From: an uncultured Bacteroidota bacterium
GTDB lineage: Bacteria; Bacteroidota; Bacteroidia; Chitinophagales; Chitinophagaceae
NCBI GenBank assembly: GCA_903926605.1
Contig: CAIYJV010000031.1
Location: 8,178 to 72,177 of the forward strand
Direction: 5' to 3'
Length of the DNA stretch: 64,000 bases
In this document: in pieces, positions 27,127 to 37,225 of the stretch
Layout: every line of letters starts with the position of its first letter
Numbering within the stretch: the first letter of the stretch is position 1
The notes under the pieces: model-generated
Databases searched by the model: none
What the model was told of the DNA's origin: nothing
Seen by the model: the letters and a program-made list of their open reading frames with translations, nothing else
Position numbers and translations under genes: made by a program

Positions 27127-28370
27127 GGATCTGGGCATTCCCTTCGTTTTACCCTGTGGACCGACCCGGCAAACGCAGCCACGGCATCTTTGCCCATCGC
27201 CAGTTCAAAGGCTTGGTAGACAATGGTGCAGAACTTTATGTTGTTCAACCAGTGCTGGGATATCCTCCGTTCCCATTTTACCTCCTCGACAAGCAATGGA
27301 CACAATTGCAGCGGAACCGTTATGAGTCCGTGCGGGAATTTGAGGGTATAAAAGTGTATCATCCGCTTATTTCAAATCTCAGACCACAGCGCCTTTTCAG
27401 GCAAGGTACCTACCACCAGCGGTATGTGCGATCTATTGTGGACTTTTTTACCCGGCAGAAAATTCAGCTGGATCCAGCCAAAGATATTTTTTATTCCCAG
27501 TGGTTGCCCGATTCCTACCATGTACAGGAGGCAGCGCACATGCTCGGGGTGAAGTCGGCTATTCTACTTATAGGCGATGATGTACTGATCTGGCCTCACC
27601 AGAGCCCGGTAAACATTGACATTTTTAAACAAACTGTTTCCGAAGCCGACATCCGTTTCTCTGTTGCCCGCTACCTCGCAAACGAATCCGACAAGATCAC
27701 CGGTCCGCTACATTTTGAAATCGTGCGTCGCGGCGTGAACTACGATTTTTTTCAGCCTTACCCAGCCGACCGCAAGCTGTCCATACGAAAGGAGCTGGGC
27801 GTACCCGCCGACAAAGTCATGATCTTTTCGGTAGGGTCGGCCATTGTACGTAAGGGTTGGCTCGATCTGTTTGACGCACTGAAAGAAATAGCACAAAACA
27901 ACGACGGCTTTGTACTGGTAGGTGCTGCCTCAGGCGGGCCTGAATTCGACCTCGACACTGAAGCAAAAAAGCGCGGACTGGACGGTCATTTTATCAACCT
28001 CCACGAAGTGGGTCCCGACCGGATAAAAGATGTGTACAATGCCGCAGATATTTTTTGTCTGCCTTCTCACTGGGAGGGTATAGCCAATGCGGTGGTCGAA
28101 GCCATGGCCACAGGTCTGCCCGTGCTGACGACCGATGTTTGTGGTCACCCGGAACTGATAACCAGCGGTGAAAACGGGATATTGGTTCCACCCAAAAGAC
28201 CCGACCGGATCAGGGATGAAATGCAAAAACTGATGACCGACAGCGCACTGCGCCAGCGTCTGGGTGAAAATGCACGCTCGTTCATCGTCAATACCTGGGG
28301 CAACTATAAGTACAATTCCGCTAAACTTTACAACACATTGCGCAACGCACTGGGCACGCCTAAGGAATAA
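27123..28370 (+). CDS. Glycosyltransferase family 4
   Basis: ATGA start/stop overlap with the epimerase gene. C-terminal GT-B signature FCLPSHWEGIANAVVEAMATGLPVLTTDVCGHPELI. Confidence 0.8.
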   Translation: MRIWAFPSFYPVDRPGKRSHGIFAHRQFKGLVDNGAELYVVQPVLGYPPFPFYLLDKQWTQLQRNRYESVREFEGIKVYHPLISNLRPQRLFRQGTYHQRYVRSIVDFFTRQKIQLDPAKDIFYSQWLPDSYHVQEAAHMLGVKSAILLIGDDVLIWPHQSPVNIDIFKQTVSEADIRFSVARYLANESDKITGPLHFEIVRRGVNYDFFQPYPADRKLSIRKELGVPADKVMIFSVGSAIVRKGWLDLFDALKEIAQNNDGFVLVGAASGGPEFDLDTEAKKRGLDGHFINLHEVGPDRIKDVYNAADIFCLPSHWEGIANAVVEAMATGLPVLTTDVCGHPELITSGENGILVPPKRPDRIRDEMQKLMTDSALRQRLGENARSFIVNTWGNYKYNSAKLYNTLRNALGTPKE

Positions 28371-29349
28371 GGCGGTATAATGCAGCGTTGGCACCCGCCA
28401 CAAAAAGATCACCATCAGGGTTTTGCGACACACTGAACAACACCGAAGTGGTGAACTGCGCATATTCAGACCAATGAACTCCCCCATCGCGGGAATACAC
28501 TATTTTCCCATCTTCGCCCACAGCCCAGCCGTGCAGCTTGTCTGTAAACAAAATATCGTTCAGGCGGTATTTCTGTTGCGACAGGTCGTTGCCGTTTCTC
28601 AGCGTCTGCCAGTGTTCGCCCAGGTCGGGAGAATGAAAAATACTGCCCCAATAGCCGCATAGCCATACGTCCAGGCCCAGTACGGTGATGCCGGTAAAAT
28701 TTTCGTTGCCCACATTCAGCATCGTCCATGTGTTCCCGCCATCGGTGGTTTTTTTCACCACGCCATATCCGCAAATAAATCCGTTGCCGCCATCCAGCAT
28801 TTTTATTTTGTTGTATTGGTAGGGGAAAGAATCCCGGTGTATCCGGTTGCCATAGGCATCTACCTGCCACATCATGCCCGAGTTAAAACTGATGCCGCCC
28901 ACCACCCATGCGTGGTTGCTGTCTGTGAAGGCGATGTCGCGGAACCAGTAGTCCTCCATCTGGTGAAAGTTCCAGACATTCGGCGAGTCGGTGTTGTAGA
29001 TCAGCTTTCCTTCATAGCCACAACTATAGACTCTGCCCGACGGCGCGATGGTGGCAGAGATCAGCAATTCACCCACGGCCTGACTCTCTGTACGTTTCCA
29101 GGTAGTGCCTCCGTCAGCAGTGTACAACACCACCGAATTATGGTACAGATTGCCCCCAAACACATAGCCGTTTTTGCTGTCTGTAAACAAGACCTTGTGC
29201 AGTTCATCTGCATTACTATGGCTATCCAGTTTCTGAACTTGTTGCCATTGCAGCTGGTCTTTTTTGCAGCCTGTGGCTGCCAACAGCAGCACCAGTGGCA
29301 AAATCACGCATAATATGTGGTATGACAACCTTTTCATTTGTTCAGACAC
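28360..29349 (-). CDS. Lipoprotein with a BNR/Asp-box beta-propeller (Ycf48-like)
   Basis: Lipobox LLLAATGC. Repeated Asp-box-like motifs TADGGTTW, TTDGGNTW and SRDGGVHW. The 3' end overlaps the convergent GT4 gene by 11 nt. Confidence 0.75.
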   Translation of the reverse strand: MSEQMKRLSYHILCVILPLVLLLAATGCKKDQLQWQQVQKLDSHSNADELHKVLFTDSKNGYVFGGNLYHNSVVLYTADGGTTWKRTESQAVGELLISATIAPSGRVYSCGYEGKLIYNTDSPNVWNFHQMEDYWFRDIAFTDSNHAWVVGGISFNSGMMWQVDAYGNRIHRDSFPYQYNKIKMLDGGNGFICGYGVVKKTTDGGNTWTMLNVGNENFTGITVLGLDVWLCGYWGSIFHSPDLGEHWQTLRNGNDLSQQKYRLNDILFTDKLHGWAVGEDGKIVYSRDGGVHWSEYAQFTTSVLFSVSQNPDGDLFVAGANAALYRLIP

Positions 29350-29510
29350 GCTTATCGGTGCAGATATATTTTTGGTTATGGTCCTGCAATTCTACCGCAA
29401 ATCTCTATTATTTCAACCAATTCCCGACTGTTGCCTCCGGCTAGATTTCATAGGCCTCTAATTCAGTCAGGGTGCATGTAGGTCTTCGCAAACTATAAAT
29501 TGAAATAGGT

Positions 29511-29598
29511 CAATAGCCCGAATGGGCGAAAATTTGAATAGCCGGGGGCGAAACCCCAGTCGCAGGAATCAACAGAAGTCAAACTGAAAGGGTTGAAC
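29511..29598 (+). repeat. Diverged copy of the double-hairpin repeat with an extra leading AATAGCC hairpin
   Basis: CAATAGCCCGAATGGGCG, then TTTGAATAGCCGGGGGCGAAACCCCAG, a spacer, and CTGAAAGGGTTGAAC. The left arm of the last hairpin is degraded. Confidence 0.6.
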
Positions 29599-29683
29599 AA
29601 ATTCCGGACCCGAAAATTCGAAAGACACCCTTCAAACTGTTCTCCGCACTAAACTCGCTTTTATCCTTTAATTTCGTGCTCAA

Positions 29684-30205
29684 ATGAAGAAAATGCAGCC
29701 AAAACACCCCAAGGACTCATTTATTGTCATGTCCGAACTAGTCCTGCCCAACGATACCAATCTGCTGGGTAATCTTATGGGCGGACGTCTCATGCACTGG
29801 ATGGACATTGCGGCGGCCATCGCCTCACAAAAACATTGCAACTGCCCGGTAGTAACTGCCTCGGTAGACAATCTCTCTTTTTCCAACCCCATCAAGCTGG
29901 GCAACCTGCTTACCATAGAGGCCACAGCGACCAGAGCCTTTAATACGTCTATGGAGATATACTTGCGTGTTTGGGGCGAAGACCTCTCAGCCGAGTATAA
30001 ATACCTCTCCAACGAGGCATATTTCACCTTCGTGGCGCTGGACCCTAATGGCAAGCCCCGCAAAGTACCTGAGCTGATACCCGAGACCCCCGAGCAGCAG
30101 GAACGCTTTGAAGGCGCCCTACGCCGCAGGCAGGTTCGCCTCATACTGGGTGGCAAAATGCAGCCCGAAGATGCAAGTGAACTACGTTCTTTATTTATCA
30201 AGTAA
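29684..30205 (+). CDS. Acyl-CoA thioesterase (hotdog fold, YciA/BFIT type)
   Basis: 173 aa. LVLPNDTNLLGNLMGGRLMHWMDIAAAIA is the typical hotdog thioesterase core. Confidence 0.8.
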   Translation: MKKMQPKHPKDSFIVMSELVLPNDTNLLGNLMGGRLMHWMDIAAAIASQKHCNCPVVTASVDNLSFSNPIKLGNLLTIEATATRAFNTSMEIYLRVWGEDLSAEYKYLSNEAYFTFVALDPNGKPRKVPELIPETPEQQERFEGALRRRQVRLILGGKMQPEDASELRSLFIK

Positions 30206-30237
30206 ACGCCGCAAAGGCCCTTCTAAAACATATTGAA

Positions 30238-31521
30238 ATGACATTAGACCGTACCGTAGCGCCTGTGATTCACGACGCTGTTGATTTTGATTTCAAACTT
30301 CCACCCATCAACACCGTGGACCTTTCCAACGGGCTGAAAATGCACTGGATTGATGCCGGTGTGCAGGAGCTGGTACAGGTAGATTGGGTGTTTCCCGGTG
30401 GCCTGTGGTACGAAGGCAAGACCTCTGTGGCACAAACCACAGCAGCATTACTGAAAAACGGCACCGGCAGCCGGTCGGCCGCGGCCATCAGCGATGCACT
30501 GGAGTTTTATGGTGCCGAGTTGAAAACGTCGGCCTCCAGCGAGTTTGCCACCATAAGTCTTTATGCGCTTTCCAAGCATCTTCCCGCATTGCTTCCCGTG
30601 GTTTACGAACTTATCACCGACTCGGTTTTCCCGGAAGAGGAGCTCGATATTTACAAAAAGAACGCCATTCAAAAACTTTCTGTCAACCTCCGCAACTGCG
30701 ATTTCGTAGCCAACCGCCTCATTGATCAGGCATTGTACGGTTACGAAAACCCTTATGGCCGCTTTACCCGCAAGGAAGACATAGAGTCACTTAACCGTCA
30801 GGATTTGCTGGGCTTTTACAAGTCTGCCTACAATCCTGCACGTATGCGCATTTTTGTGGCCGGCCGTGTCACCGGTCAGGTCATCAAGCAGATCAGCGAT
30901 TGTTTTGGTGGCATAGCCATTTCTCCTGCGGAGCCGGTATCCAGATCGTACGATATTGTGCCATCCGCAGACCAGAAGCAGCATGTCTCCAACGATCCCA
31001 ATGGTGTACAAGGCGCAATTCGCATTGGTCGTCTGTTTCCCAACCGCCGCCATCCCGATTTCGCGCCCATGGTCGTGCTCAATACTCTTTTCGGTGGCTA
31101 TTTTGGCTCCCGGCTCATGAGCAATATACGCGAGGAAAAAGGTTATACCTATGGTATTTATTCCTCCCTCACGCCCGAGCGCAATGGCGGGACACTCACT
31201 GTGCACACCGAAACCGGACGCGAAGTAGTGGAAGAAGCCATAAAAGAGATTTACCACGAGATGGATGTGCTCCGCAATGAGCCCGCCGACGAAGAAGAAT
31301 TGTTGTTGGTAAAAAATTATCTGCTGGGCGGTATGCTCGCCGATCTCGACGGACCCTTCTCCATACTCAGACGTTGGCGCACCCTTATCCTCAATGACTT
31401 TACCGAGGCGCATTTTTACAACAACATCAATGTCTACAAAAACATTACGGCTGCAGAACTACAGGCACTTGCCTGTAAGTACCTGGACCCAAAAGACTTT
31501 CATGAAATTGTGGTGATTTAG
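30238..31521 (+). CDS. M16 (pitrilysin) family protein, non-catalytic subunit type
   Basis: 427 aa with M16 fold features. The position that normally holds HxxEH reads VAQTTAALLKNGT, so no zinc-binding motif is present. Confidence 0.7.
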   Translation: MTLDRTVAPVIHDAVDFDFKLPPINTVDLSNGLKMHWIDAGVQELVQVDWVFPGGLWYEGKTSVAQTTAALLKNGTGSRSAAAISDALEFYGAELKTSASSEFATISLYALSKHLPALLPVVYELITDSVFPEEELDIYKKNAIQKLSVNLRNCDFVANRLIDQALYGYENPYGRFTRKEDIESLNRQDLLGFYKSAYNPARMRIFVAGRVTGQVIKQISDCFGGIAISPAEPVSRSYDIVPSADQKQHVSNDPNGVQGAIRIGRLFPNRRHPDFAPMVVLNTLFGGYFGSRLMSNIREEKGYTYGIYSSLTPERNGGTLTVHTETGREVVEEAIKEIYHEMDVLRNEPADEEELLLVKNYLLGGMLADLDGPFSILRRWRTLILNDFTEAHFYNNINVYKNITAAELQALACKYLDPKDFHEIVVI

Positions 31522-31528
31522 CGTTGGG

Positions 31529-32887
31529 TTAATCCTTTACAAATTTTCCAAACACCTCATAGCCATTCTGCACCAAGTGAACCAGATAAAGGCCGGCGCT
31601 AAGCGATAGGACATCGTAGTTGAAACTAGTTCCAATTGTCTTTTCCGTACGTATTATTTGCCCCATCACATTGCGGACCGTAATTTTTGTTTCAGCGTTG
31701 TTACTCCATTGTATCATTACGGAATTGTGGGCGGGGCTCGGGGATATCGTAATACGATTAATTTTGTCTAACTCCCTATAAACCGTCAACGGCGGGGGGC
31801 AACCGTGATTTGCACCTATTTTTTCCACTTTGCGAATTCTGTTGTTGTAGAAATCCGCAAAATATATGCTGTATGATGTATCAAAAGTCAAATTATCTGG
31901 GCCATTAATTTCAGCTGCTTTTGAATTACCGTGATCACCACTAAACCCTGGGGTAGAAGATGAGTCAACAACCGTTTCGATAATACCCGACGTAAAAATT
32001 TTTCTAACGTTGTTTCCATAAAAATCTGTAATATATACATTGCAGCCTCCGTCAATCGCAACACCTCCCGGTAACATAAAACTGGCTTCGGTAGCTGGGC
32101 CTCCATCGCCACTCAGGCCATTTGTCCCATTTCCCGCAAACGTAGTTATGATGCCGTTTGGGTCTACCATTCTTACTCGATGATTGTTACCGTCAGCAAT
32201 ATACATGTTATTATTTCCGTCGAACGCAACACCAAGTGTCCAGTTAAGACTTGCAGCGGTTGCTGGCCCATGATCGCCGCTGAAGCCAGCAATTCCGTTT
32301 CCTGCAACCGTTGTTATAATGCCAGCAGTATCAACTTTGCGCACCACATTATTTTGTGCATCGGCGATATAAATGTTGCCAAAAGCATCGTGGTTGACAC
32401 GATCAGGCCAATAGAGACGCGCATTTGTCGCGGGACCATTGTCGCCGGAATATCCATTAAGCCCATTACCAGCGAAAGTGGTAATGATACCAAAAGTATC
32501 TATTTTACGAATTACACTGTTAACATTGTCCACAACGTAAGCATTACCAATTTCGTCGAAAGTAATATCAATAGGAATATGAAAAGTTGCAGCGGTTGCC
32601 GGACCATGGTCGCCAGAATAACCAGGGGTGCCAGTTCCTGCAAAAGTTGAAATATTCCCGGACACATCTATTTTCCGAACAACGTTTCCACCATATTCCA
32701 CCACATAGATGTTACCATTCATTGTACGGTAAACTCCGCTTGGTTCATTCAATGTGGCGGCAGTCGCCTGACCACCGTTTCCTGTTGTACTGGCTATGCC
32801 GGTTCCTGCGATGGTGGTTATTATTTGCGCGTTCAACTGATATGCCGCGCTTAAACATAAAGTCAGGTAAATAGCGAATTTTTTCAT
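31529..32887 (-). CDS. NHL-repeat beta-propeller protein with a T9SS C-terminal sorting domain
   Basis: Signal peptide. Six repeats of the form I.TFAGNG..G.SGD.GPAT.A.L..P..V..D..GN.Y.AD..N..VRK. The C-terminus, ITISPSPAHNSVMIQW...LSAGLYLVHLV, is typical of type A sorting domains. Confidence 0.8.
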   Translation of the reverse strand: MKKFAIYLTLCLSAAYQLNAQIITTIAGTGIASTTGNGGQATAATLNEPSGVYRTMNGNIYVVEYGGNVVRKIDVSGNISTFAGTGTPGYSGDHGPATAATFHIPIDITFDEIGNAYVVDNVNSVIRKIDTFGIITTFAGNGLNGYSGDNGPATNARLYWPDRVNHDAFGNIYIADAQNNVVRKVDTAGIITTVAGNGIAGFSGDHGPATAASLNWTLGVAFDGNNNMYIADGNNHRVRMVDPNGIITTFAGNGTNGLSGDGGPATEASFMLPGGVAIDGGCNVYITDFYGNNVRKIFTSGIIETVVDSSSTPGFSGDHGNSKAAEINGPDNLTFDTSYSIYFADFYNNRIRKVEKIGANHGCPPPLTVYRELDKINRITISPSPAHNSVMIQWSNNAETKITVRNVMGQIIRTEKTIGTSFNYDVLSLSAGLYLVHLVQNGYEVFGKFVKD

Positions 32888-33055
32888 TTTTTTTAAGTTT
32901 AAGCAAATATAAAATTTCTATGGCGAAAAACAAAAAATTGAAAAAATGCTATGTGGTTGATACTTTTTGACCCTGACGCAAAAAGTTGCTCCCTGTTTTC
33001 TCGATTAGTATCAAATATTCTTCAGTGGAACAGAAACGGCCTAATCGTTATTGAC

Positions 33056-33063
33056 TATATTTG
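33056..33063 (+). promoter_or_regulatory. Candidate -7 box (TATATTTG) upstream of gmd
   Basis: Exact match 18 nt upstream of ATG 33081. Confidence 0.4.
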
Positions 33064-33080
33064 CCTTAAACTTGCTCCGA

Positions 33081-34190
33081 ATGAAAAAAGCATTAATCAC
33101 AGGCATTACTGGACAGGATGGGGCTTATCTCGCAGAATTTTTGCTTGCAAAGGGCTATGAAGTACATGGCATCAAGAGAAGAACTTCACTAATTAATACT
33201 GCCCGAATTGACCATATTTACAAAGATCCACATGAACAAAATGTGTGTTTTAAACTACATTATGGAGATCTGACAGATTCAACCAACATTATACGAATCA
33301 TTCAGGAAGTAATGCCCGATGAGATATATAATCTTGGTGCTATGAGTCATGTTCAAGTGAGTTTTGATGAACCTGAATATGTTGCAAATACGGACGCGGT
33401 TGGCACGCTGAGAATTCTTGAAGCGATTCGAATATTGGGAATGAAGAACACCCGTATCTACCAGGCCTCTACATCTGAATTATACGGAAAAGTACAGGCG
33501 ATTCCACAAAGCGAAAATACCCCATTTTATCCCCGTTCGCCATATGGCGTAGCCAAATTATACGGTTATTGGATAACGGTAAATTATCGCGAAGCTTATG
33601 GGATGTATGCCTGCAACGGGATTCTGTTTAACCACGAAAGTCCACTTCGTGGCGAAACGTTCGTTACACGTAAGATCACCAGAGGTGTAGCTCAAATCGT
33701 ATTGGGACTCAAAAGTAAACTTTGGTTGGGCAATTTGGATGCCAAACGAGACTGGGGACACGCACGAGATTATGTAGAAGCGATGTGGCTGATATTACAA
33801 CAACCACAGCCGGAAGATTTTGTAATTGCGACCGGGGTAACTACTACTGTTCGGGATTTTGTAAAAATGGCGTTCAGTCATGCAGGTGTTGAAGTTACAT
33901 TTGTCGGTGCGGGAGAATTAGAAAAAGGTGTTGTTTCGGCAGTCTCCAATTCCGAGTGCAAGGTCAGAGTTGGAGACGATGTAGTGGAAGTTGATAAGCG
34001 GTATTTTAGGCCGACTGAGGTGGACCTTTTATTGGGCGATGCAACAAAGGCAAAAGAAAAACTGGGATGGGTGCCAAAATGTACGCTTGACGGATTGGCC
34101 AAAGAAATGGTGGATGCAGATGTCGAGCTTTTCCGGAAAGATATGATACTCCAGAATTCTGGTTATAAAACCCAAAGTCAGTTCGAATAA
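33081..34190 (+). CDS. gmd: GDP-mannose 4,6-dehydratase
   Basis: Start taken at ATG 33081 ([22 protein letters not shown]). Motifs include QASTSELYG and [21 protein letters not shown], with strong overall likeness to Gmd. Confidence 0.92.
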   Translation: MKKALITGITGQDGAYLAEFLLAKGYEVHGIKRRTSLINTARIDHIYKDPHEQNVCFKLHYGDLTDSTNIIRIIQEVMPDEIYNLGAMSHVQVSFDEPEYVANTDAVGTLRILEAIRILGMKNTRIYQASTSELYGKVQAIPQSENTPFYPRSPYGVAKLYGYWITVNYREAYGMYACNGILFNHESPLRGETFVTRKITRGVAQIVLGLKSKLWLGNLDAKRDWGHARDYVEAMWLILQQPQPEDFVIATGVTTTVRDFVKMAFSHAGVEVTFVGAGELEKGVVSAVSNSECKVRVGDDVVEVDKRYFRPTEVDLLLGDATKAKEKLGWVPKCTLDGLAKEMVDADVELFRKDMILQNSGYKTQSQFE

Positions 34191-35119
34191 TGAAACAGGA
34201 TTCGCGAATTTTTGTTGCAGGACACAGAGGTATGGTGGGCTCGGCCATTGTCCGGAAACTTGAACTTGACGGTTTCACCAATATTCTGACTCGTAGTTCG
34301 GCAGAACTGGATTTGCGGAACCAAAATGAGGTCGAAGATTTTTTTTTACGTCAAAAGCCTGAGTTTGTATTTCTTGCCGCGGCACACGTTGGTGGAATCA
34401 TGGCCAATAAAACGTTTCGTGCTGAGTTTATTTACGACAACTTAATGATTGAGGCCAATGTTATTCATGCAGCATGGAAACACGGGGTTTCAAAACTTCT
34501 TTTCCTTGGAAGTTCCTGCATTTATCCTAGGTTGGCGCCCCAACCTATGCGTGAAGATTGTCTTCTTACAGGTCTATTGGAAGACACCAATGAACCGTAT
34601 GCAATAGCAAAAATTGCAGGAATTAAATTATGTGAAGCTTATCGGGACCAACACGGGTGCAATTTCATTTCAGCGATGCCAACAAATCTATTTGGCAAAG
34701 GCGACAATTATGATCTGCAGAAATCACATGTGATTCCTGCCCTTATAAGAAAATTCCACGAGGCCAAAATTTCACAAAGCCCTGAGACCGTTATTTGGGG
34801 GTCGGGTGCGCCGTTGCGCGAATTCATGTTTGTAGATGATCTGGCAGATGGATGCGTTTTTCTGATGAGGAACTACGACGACAGGTTGTTCGTAAACATT
34901 GGTACCGGGACTGAAATTACTATTAAAGATCTTGCCTATATCATAAAAGGTGTTGTGGGCTTTGATGGGGAAGTGATCTTTGATGCCGGCAAACCGGATG
35001 GCACCCCACGGAAGTTGATGGATAGTACGCTTATTTATTCACTTGGGTGGAGGCATAAAACAGAGTTGATTGATGGGTTGGTGTCGGCGTATCAACACTT
35101 CAAATCCGAGTTTGCCTAA
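34190..35119 (+). CDS. fcl: GDP-L-fucose synthase
   Basis: TAATG overlap with gmd. [21 protein letters not shown] and YAIAKIAG motifs are typical of Fcl/WcaG. Confidence 0.9.
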   Translation: MKQDSRIFVAGHRGMVGSAIVRKLELDGFTNILTRSSAELDLRNQNEVEDFFLRQKPEFVFLAAAHVGGIMANKTFRAEFIYDNLMIEANVIHAAWKHGVSKLLFLGSSCIYPRLAPQPMREDCLLTGLLEDTNEPYAIAKIAGIKLCEAYRDQHGCNFISAMPTNLFGKGDNYDLQKSHVIPALIRKFHEAKISQSPETVIWGSGAPLREFMFVDDLADGCVFLMRNYDDRLFVNIGTGTEITIKDLAYIIKGVVGFDGEVIFDAGKPDGTPRKLMDSTLIYSLGWRHKTELIDGLVSAYQHFKSEFA

Positions 35120-35132
35120 ATGAGTTAGTCTT

Positions 35133-36290
35133 GTGAAAAAATTATTACTGAGCTATGTATACCGGGCAGTACTGAATTTAGTCAGGCTATTTCCCGGTAA
35201 AGTCGGTCATCGGAATCTGATTCTTATTAAAACCGATGAGATTGGCGACTACATTTTGTTCCACAATTACCTCGAAGCCTTCAAAAGTGCAGTAAGGTAT
35301 AAAAATTATAAAATTATATTGGTGGCGAATGTGGCGTGGCGACCTCTGTTTGAGACGTTTGAAAGTGATTGTGTAGATGAAGTGATTTGGTTGAATAAAA
35401 AGAAGTTTAAAAGCGATGTTTATTATCGTTTTAATTTTTTGTTGAGTGTCAGAAAGGCTCGTGCTACAGAGGTAGTTAATCTGATTTATTCGCGTAGTAT
35501 ATTCTTTGATGATGCAATTGCCTGGGTATCGACAGGTATAAAAAAAACTGCCATGATCTCCGATATTTCCAATCGGATTGACCCCTCAGAAAACTGGGAT
35601 GATAAAATTTATACCGAAATTTTGGACGCTGGAAACGTAAAATTATTTGATTCCGCAAGGAACAGAAATTTTGTGTCTGCGATTGTTGGGCGATACGATC
35701 TCCCATCCTCTACCAAATTCAATTTGTCAAAAATCAGTGCCGACCGCTTTTTTGATTTTGGACCATATTTCGTCGTTTTTTTGGGAGCGGGAAATCCTGA
35801 GCGAAAATGGAACAAAAACAATTTTTTGAAGATCATAAATTATGTGACCACTAATTTCAGCCTAACCCCGGTTTTGTGCGGCGGCCCGGAGGATGTGCCT
35901 GAATCGTTGGAAATGGAGTCAACCAATGCGGTGAACATGAAAAATATGGTTGGCAAAACGACTTTGAAAGACATGTTTTCAATCCTGGCCCACGCCCGTT
36001 TTCTGGTTTGTGTAGATACAGGAATATTGCATTTAGCAGCAGCAGTTGATTGCCCTGCTGTTGGCTTGTTCAGCGGCAAGTTTTTTGGTCGTTTCGCTCC
36101 ATATCCCCCTGAAGTTTCAAAAACGATTTATGCGGTCTACCCTGATTTCGTGGATAAAATGATTCAGGAAAAAGACCCGGTACTGTACGACACTTCAGTT
36201 ATGAAAAACAATACTATGAACAGGATTGAACCTGAGAAGTTGTATTCTATTATTGATAGAATCAACGCGCAGAAACCAAATCTGTATTAG
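35133..36290 (+). CDS. Glycosyltransferase family 9 (heptosyltransferase-like)
   Basis: GTG start. C-terminal GT9 signature PERKWNKNNF...LCGGPED...TTLKDMFSILAHARFLVCVDTGILHLAAAVDCPAVGLF. Confidence 0.75.
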   Translation: MKKLLLSYVYRAVLNLVRLFPGKVGHRNLILIKTDEIGDYILFHNYLEAFKSAVRYKNYKIILVANVAWRPLFETFESDCVDEVIWLNKKKFKSDVYYRFNFLLSVRKARATEVVNLIYSRSIFFDDAIAWVSTGIKKTAMISDISNRIDPSENWDDKIYTEILDAGNVKLFDSARNRNFVSAIVGRYDLPSSTKFNLSKISADRFFDFGPYFVVFLGAGNPERKWNKNNFLKIINYVTTNFSLTPVLCGGPEDVPESLEMESTNAVNMKNMVGKTTLKDMFSILAHARFLVCVDTGILHLAAAVDCPAVGLFSGKFFGRFAPYPPEVSKTIYAVYPDFVDKMIQEKDPVLYDTSVMKNNTMNRIEPEKLYSIIDRINAQKPNLY

Positions 36291-36587
36291 ATAGTTGGGT
36301 GCAGAAATCAGACTACTTTGCAGCCCAAGCAAAAACGGAATGTTTGAATCACATTTCTTTATCACTTTGTTATGTTAACGAGATCACCATTCACCAGTCA
36401 TTTACCGTAAGGGGGCGTATTAATTTTTTGCCTTTCCTGGTTTTTGAATCCGCCGGTCGAAAGCCCTGTAACGTAAGGTTTTTTGTATTTGGTGTTTATT
36501 TTAAATGCAAGTTATTATACTACAATATATAATAACAACTATATTTTTAAAGTAATTAAAAGACTTGCTAATTCAATACCGAACATT

Positions 36588-36595
36588 AACTTTGT
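36588..36595 (+). promoter_or_regulatory. Candidate -7 box (TAACTTTG) for the nuo operon, downstream of a very AT-rich tract
   Basis: Exact TAnnTTTG match about 150 nt upstream of nuoA. It follows the AT-rich block at roughly 36490-36580. Confidence 0.3.
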
Positions 36596-36745
36596 GTCCT
36601 GAATCACGTTTTTTTAACAACGTGTTATTCTATGTACTAGCCAGGCAAAATTCGGTTTTTGTACGCTGAACGAAGCAAAATCAGTAGTTTGCAAAACCAA
36701 TTGCGTGGCAGTCCATCTGGTGATTGAAAAGAAAAAATTTAACAG

Positions 36746-37150
36746 ATGAAAACACTGATACTTGCGGCAGAAACTACTCCGATCTCCTACCTGCCGGTAC
36801 TCCTACAGCTTATCATTGGCGCTGGTATTGTTATTGTGATCATGATCGCCTCGGCCATGCTGGGGCCCAAGCGCAATACGTCAGACAAGCTCATCAATTT
36901 CGAGAGTGGTATCCCTTCCATCGGCAATGCACGTCAGCCTATGGGTATCAAGTATTTTCTTACTGCTATCCTGTTCGTATTGTTCGATGTGGAAATTATT
37001 TTCTTCTATCCTTACGCCGTAAACTTCAAAAATTTTCTGGCTGCGGGCAACGGTGTCACCGTTTTTTTAGAGGTAATACTTTTTGTAGCGTTTTTCCTTT
37101 GTGGCTTTATTTATATCGTTAAAAAAGGTGCATTGGATTGGGAAGAATAG
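36746..37150 (+). CDS. nuoA: NADH-quinone oxidoreductase subunit A
   Basis: 134 aa with 3 TM segments and a FESG motif. First gene of the nuo array. Confidence 0.9.
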   Translation: MKTLILAAETTPISYLPVLLQLIIGAGIVIVIMIASAMLGPKRNTSDKLINFESGIPSIGNARQPMGIKYFLTAILFVLFDVEIIFFYPYAVNFKNFLAAGNGVTVFLEVILFVAFFLCGFIYIVKKGALDWEE

Positions 37151-37225
37151 TCAGAATACCCGGAAATTTATTTCCGGCATTGTAAATTAAACTTTAAAAT
37201 CTCGATCAGAGAAACCAGATAATAT

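Noticed and set aside
36299-36532. A 77-aa ORF in the 455-nt region upstream of nuoA.
   Set aside because: It has a GTG start and low-complexity, Phe-rich sequence, and it runs into an extremely AT-rich tract. This region is more plausibly the promoter or UP-element of the nuo operon.
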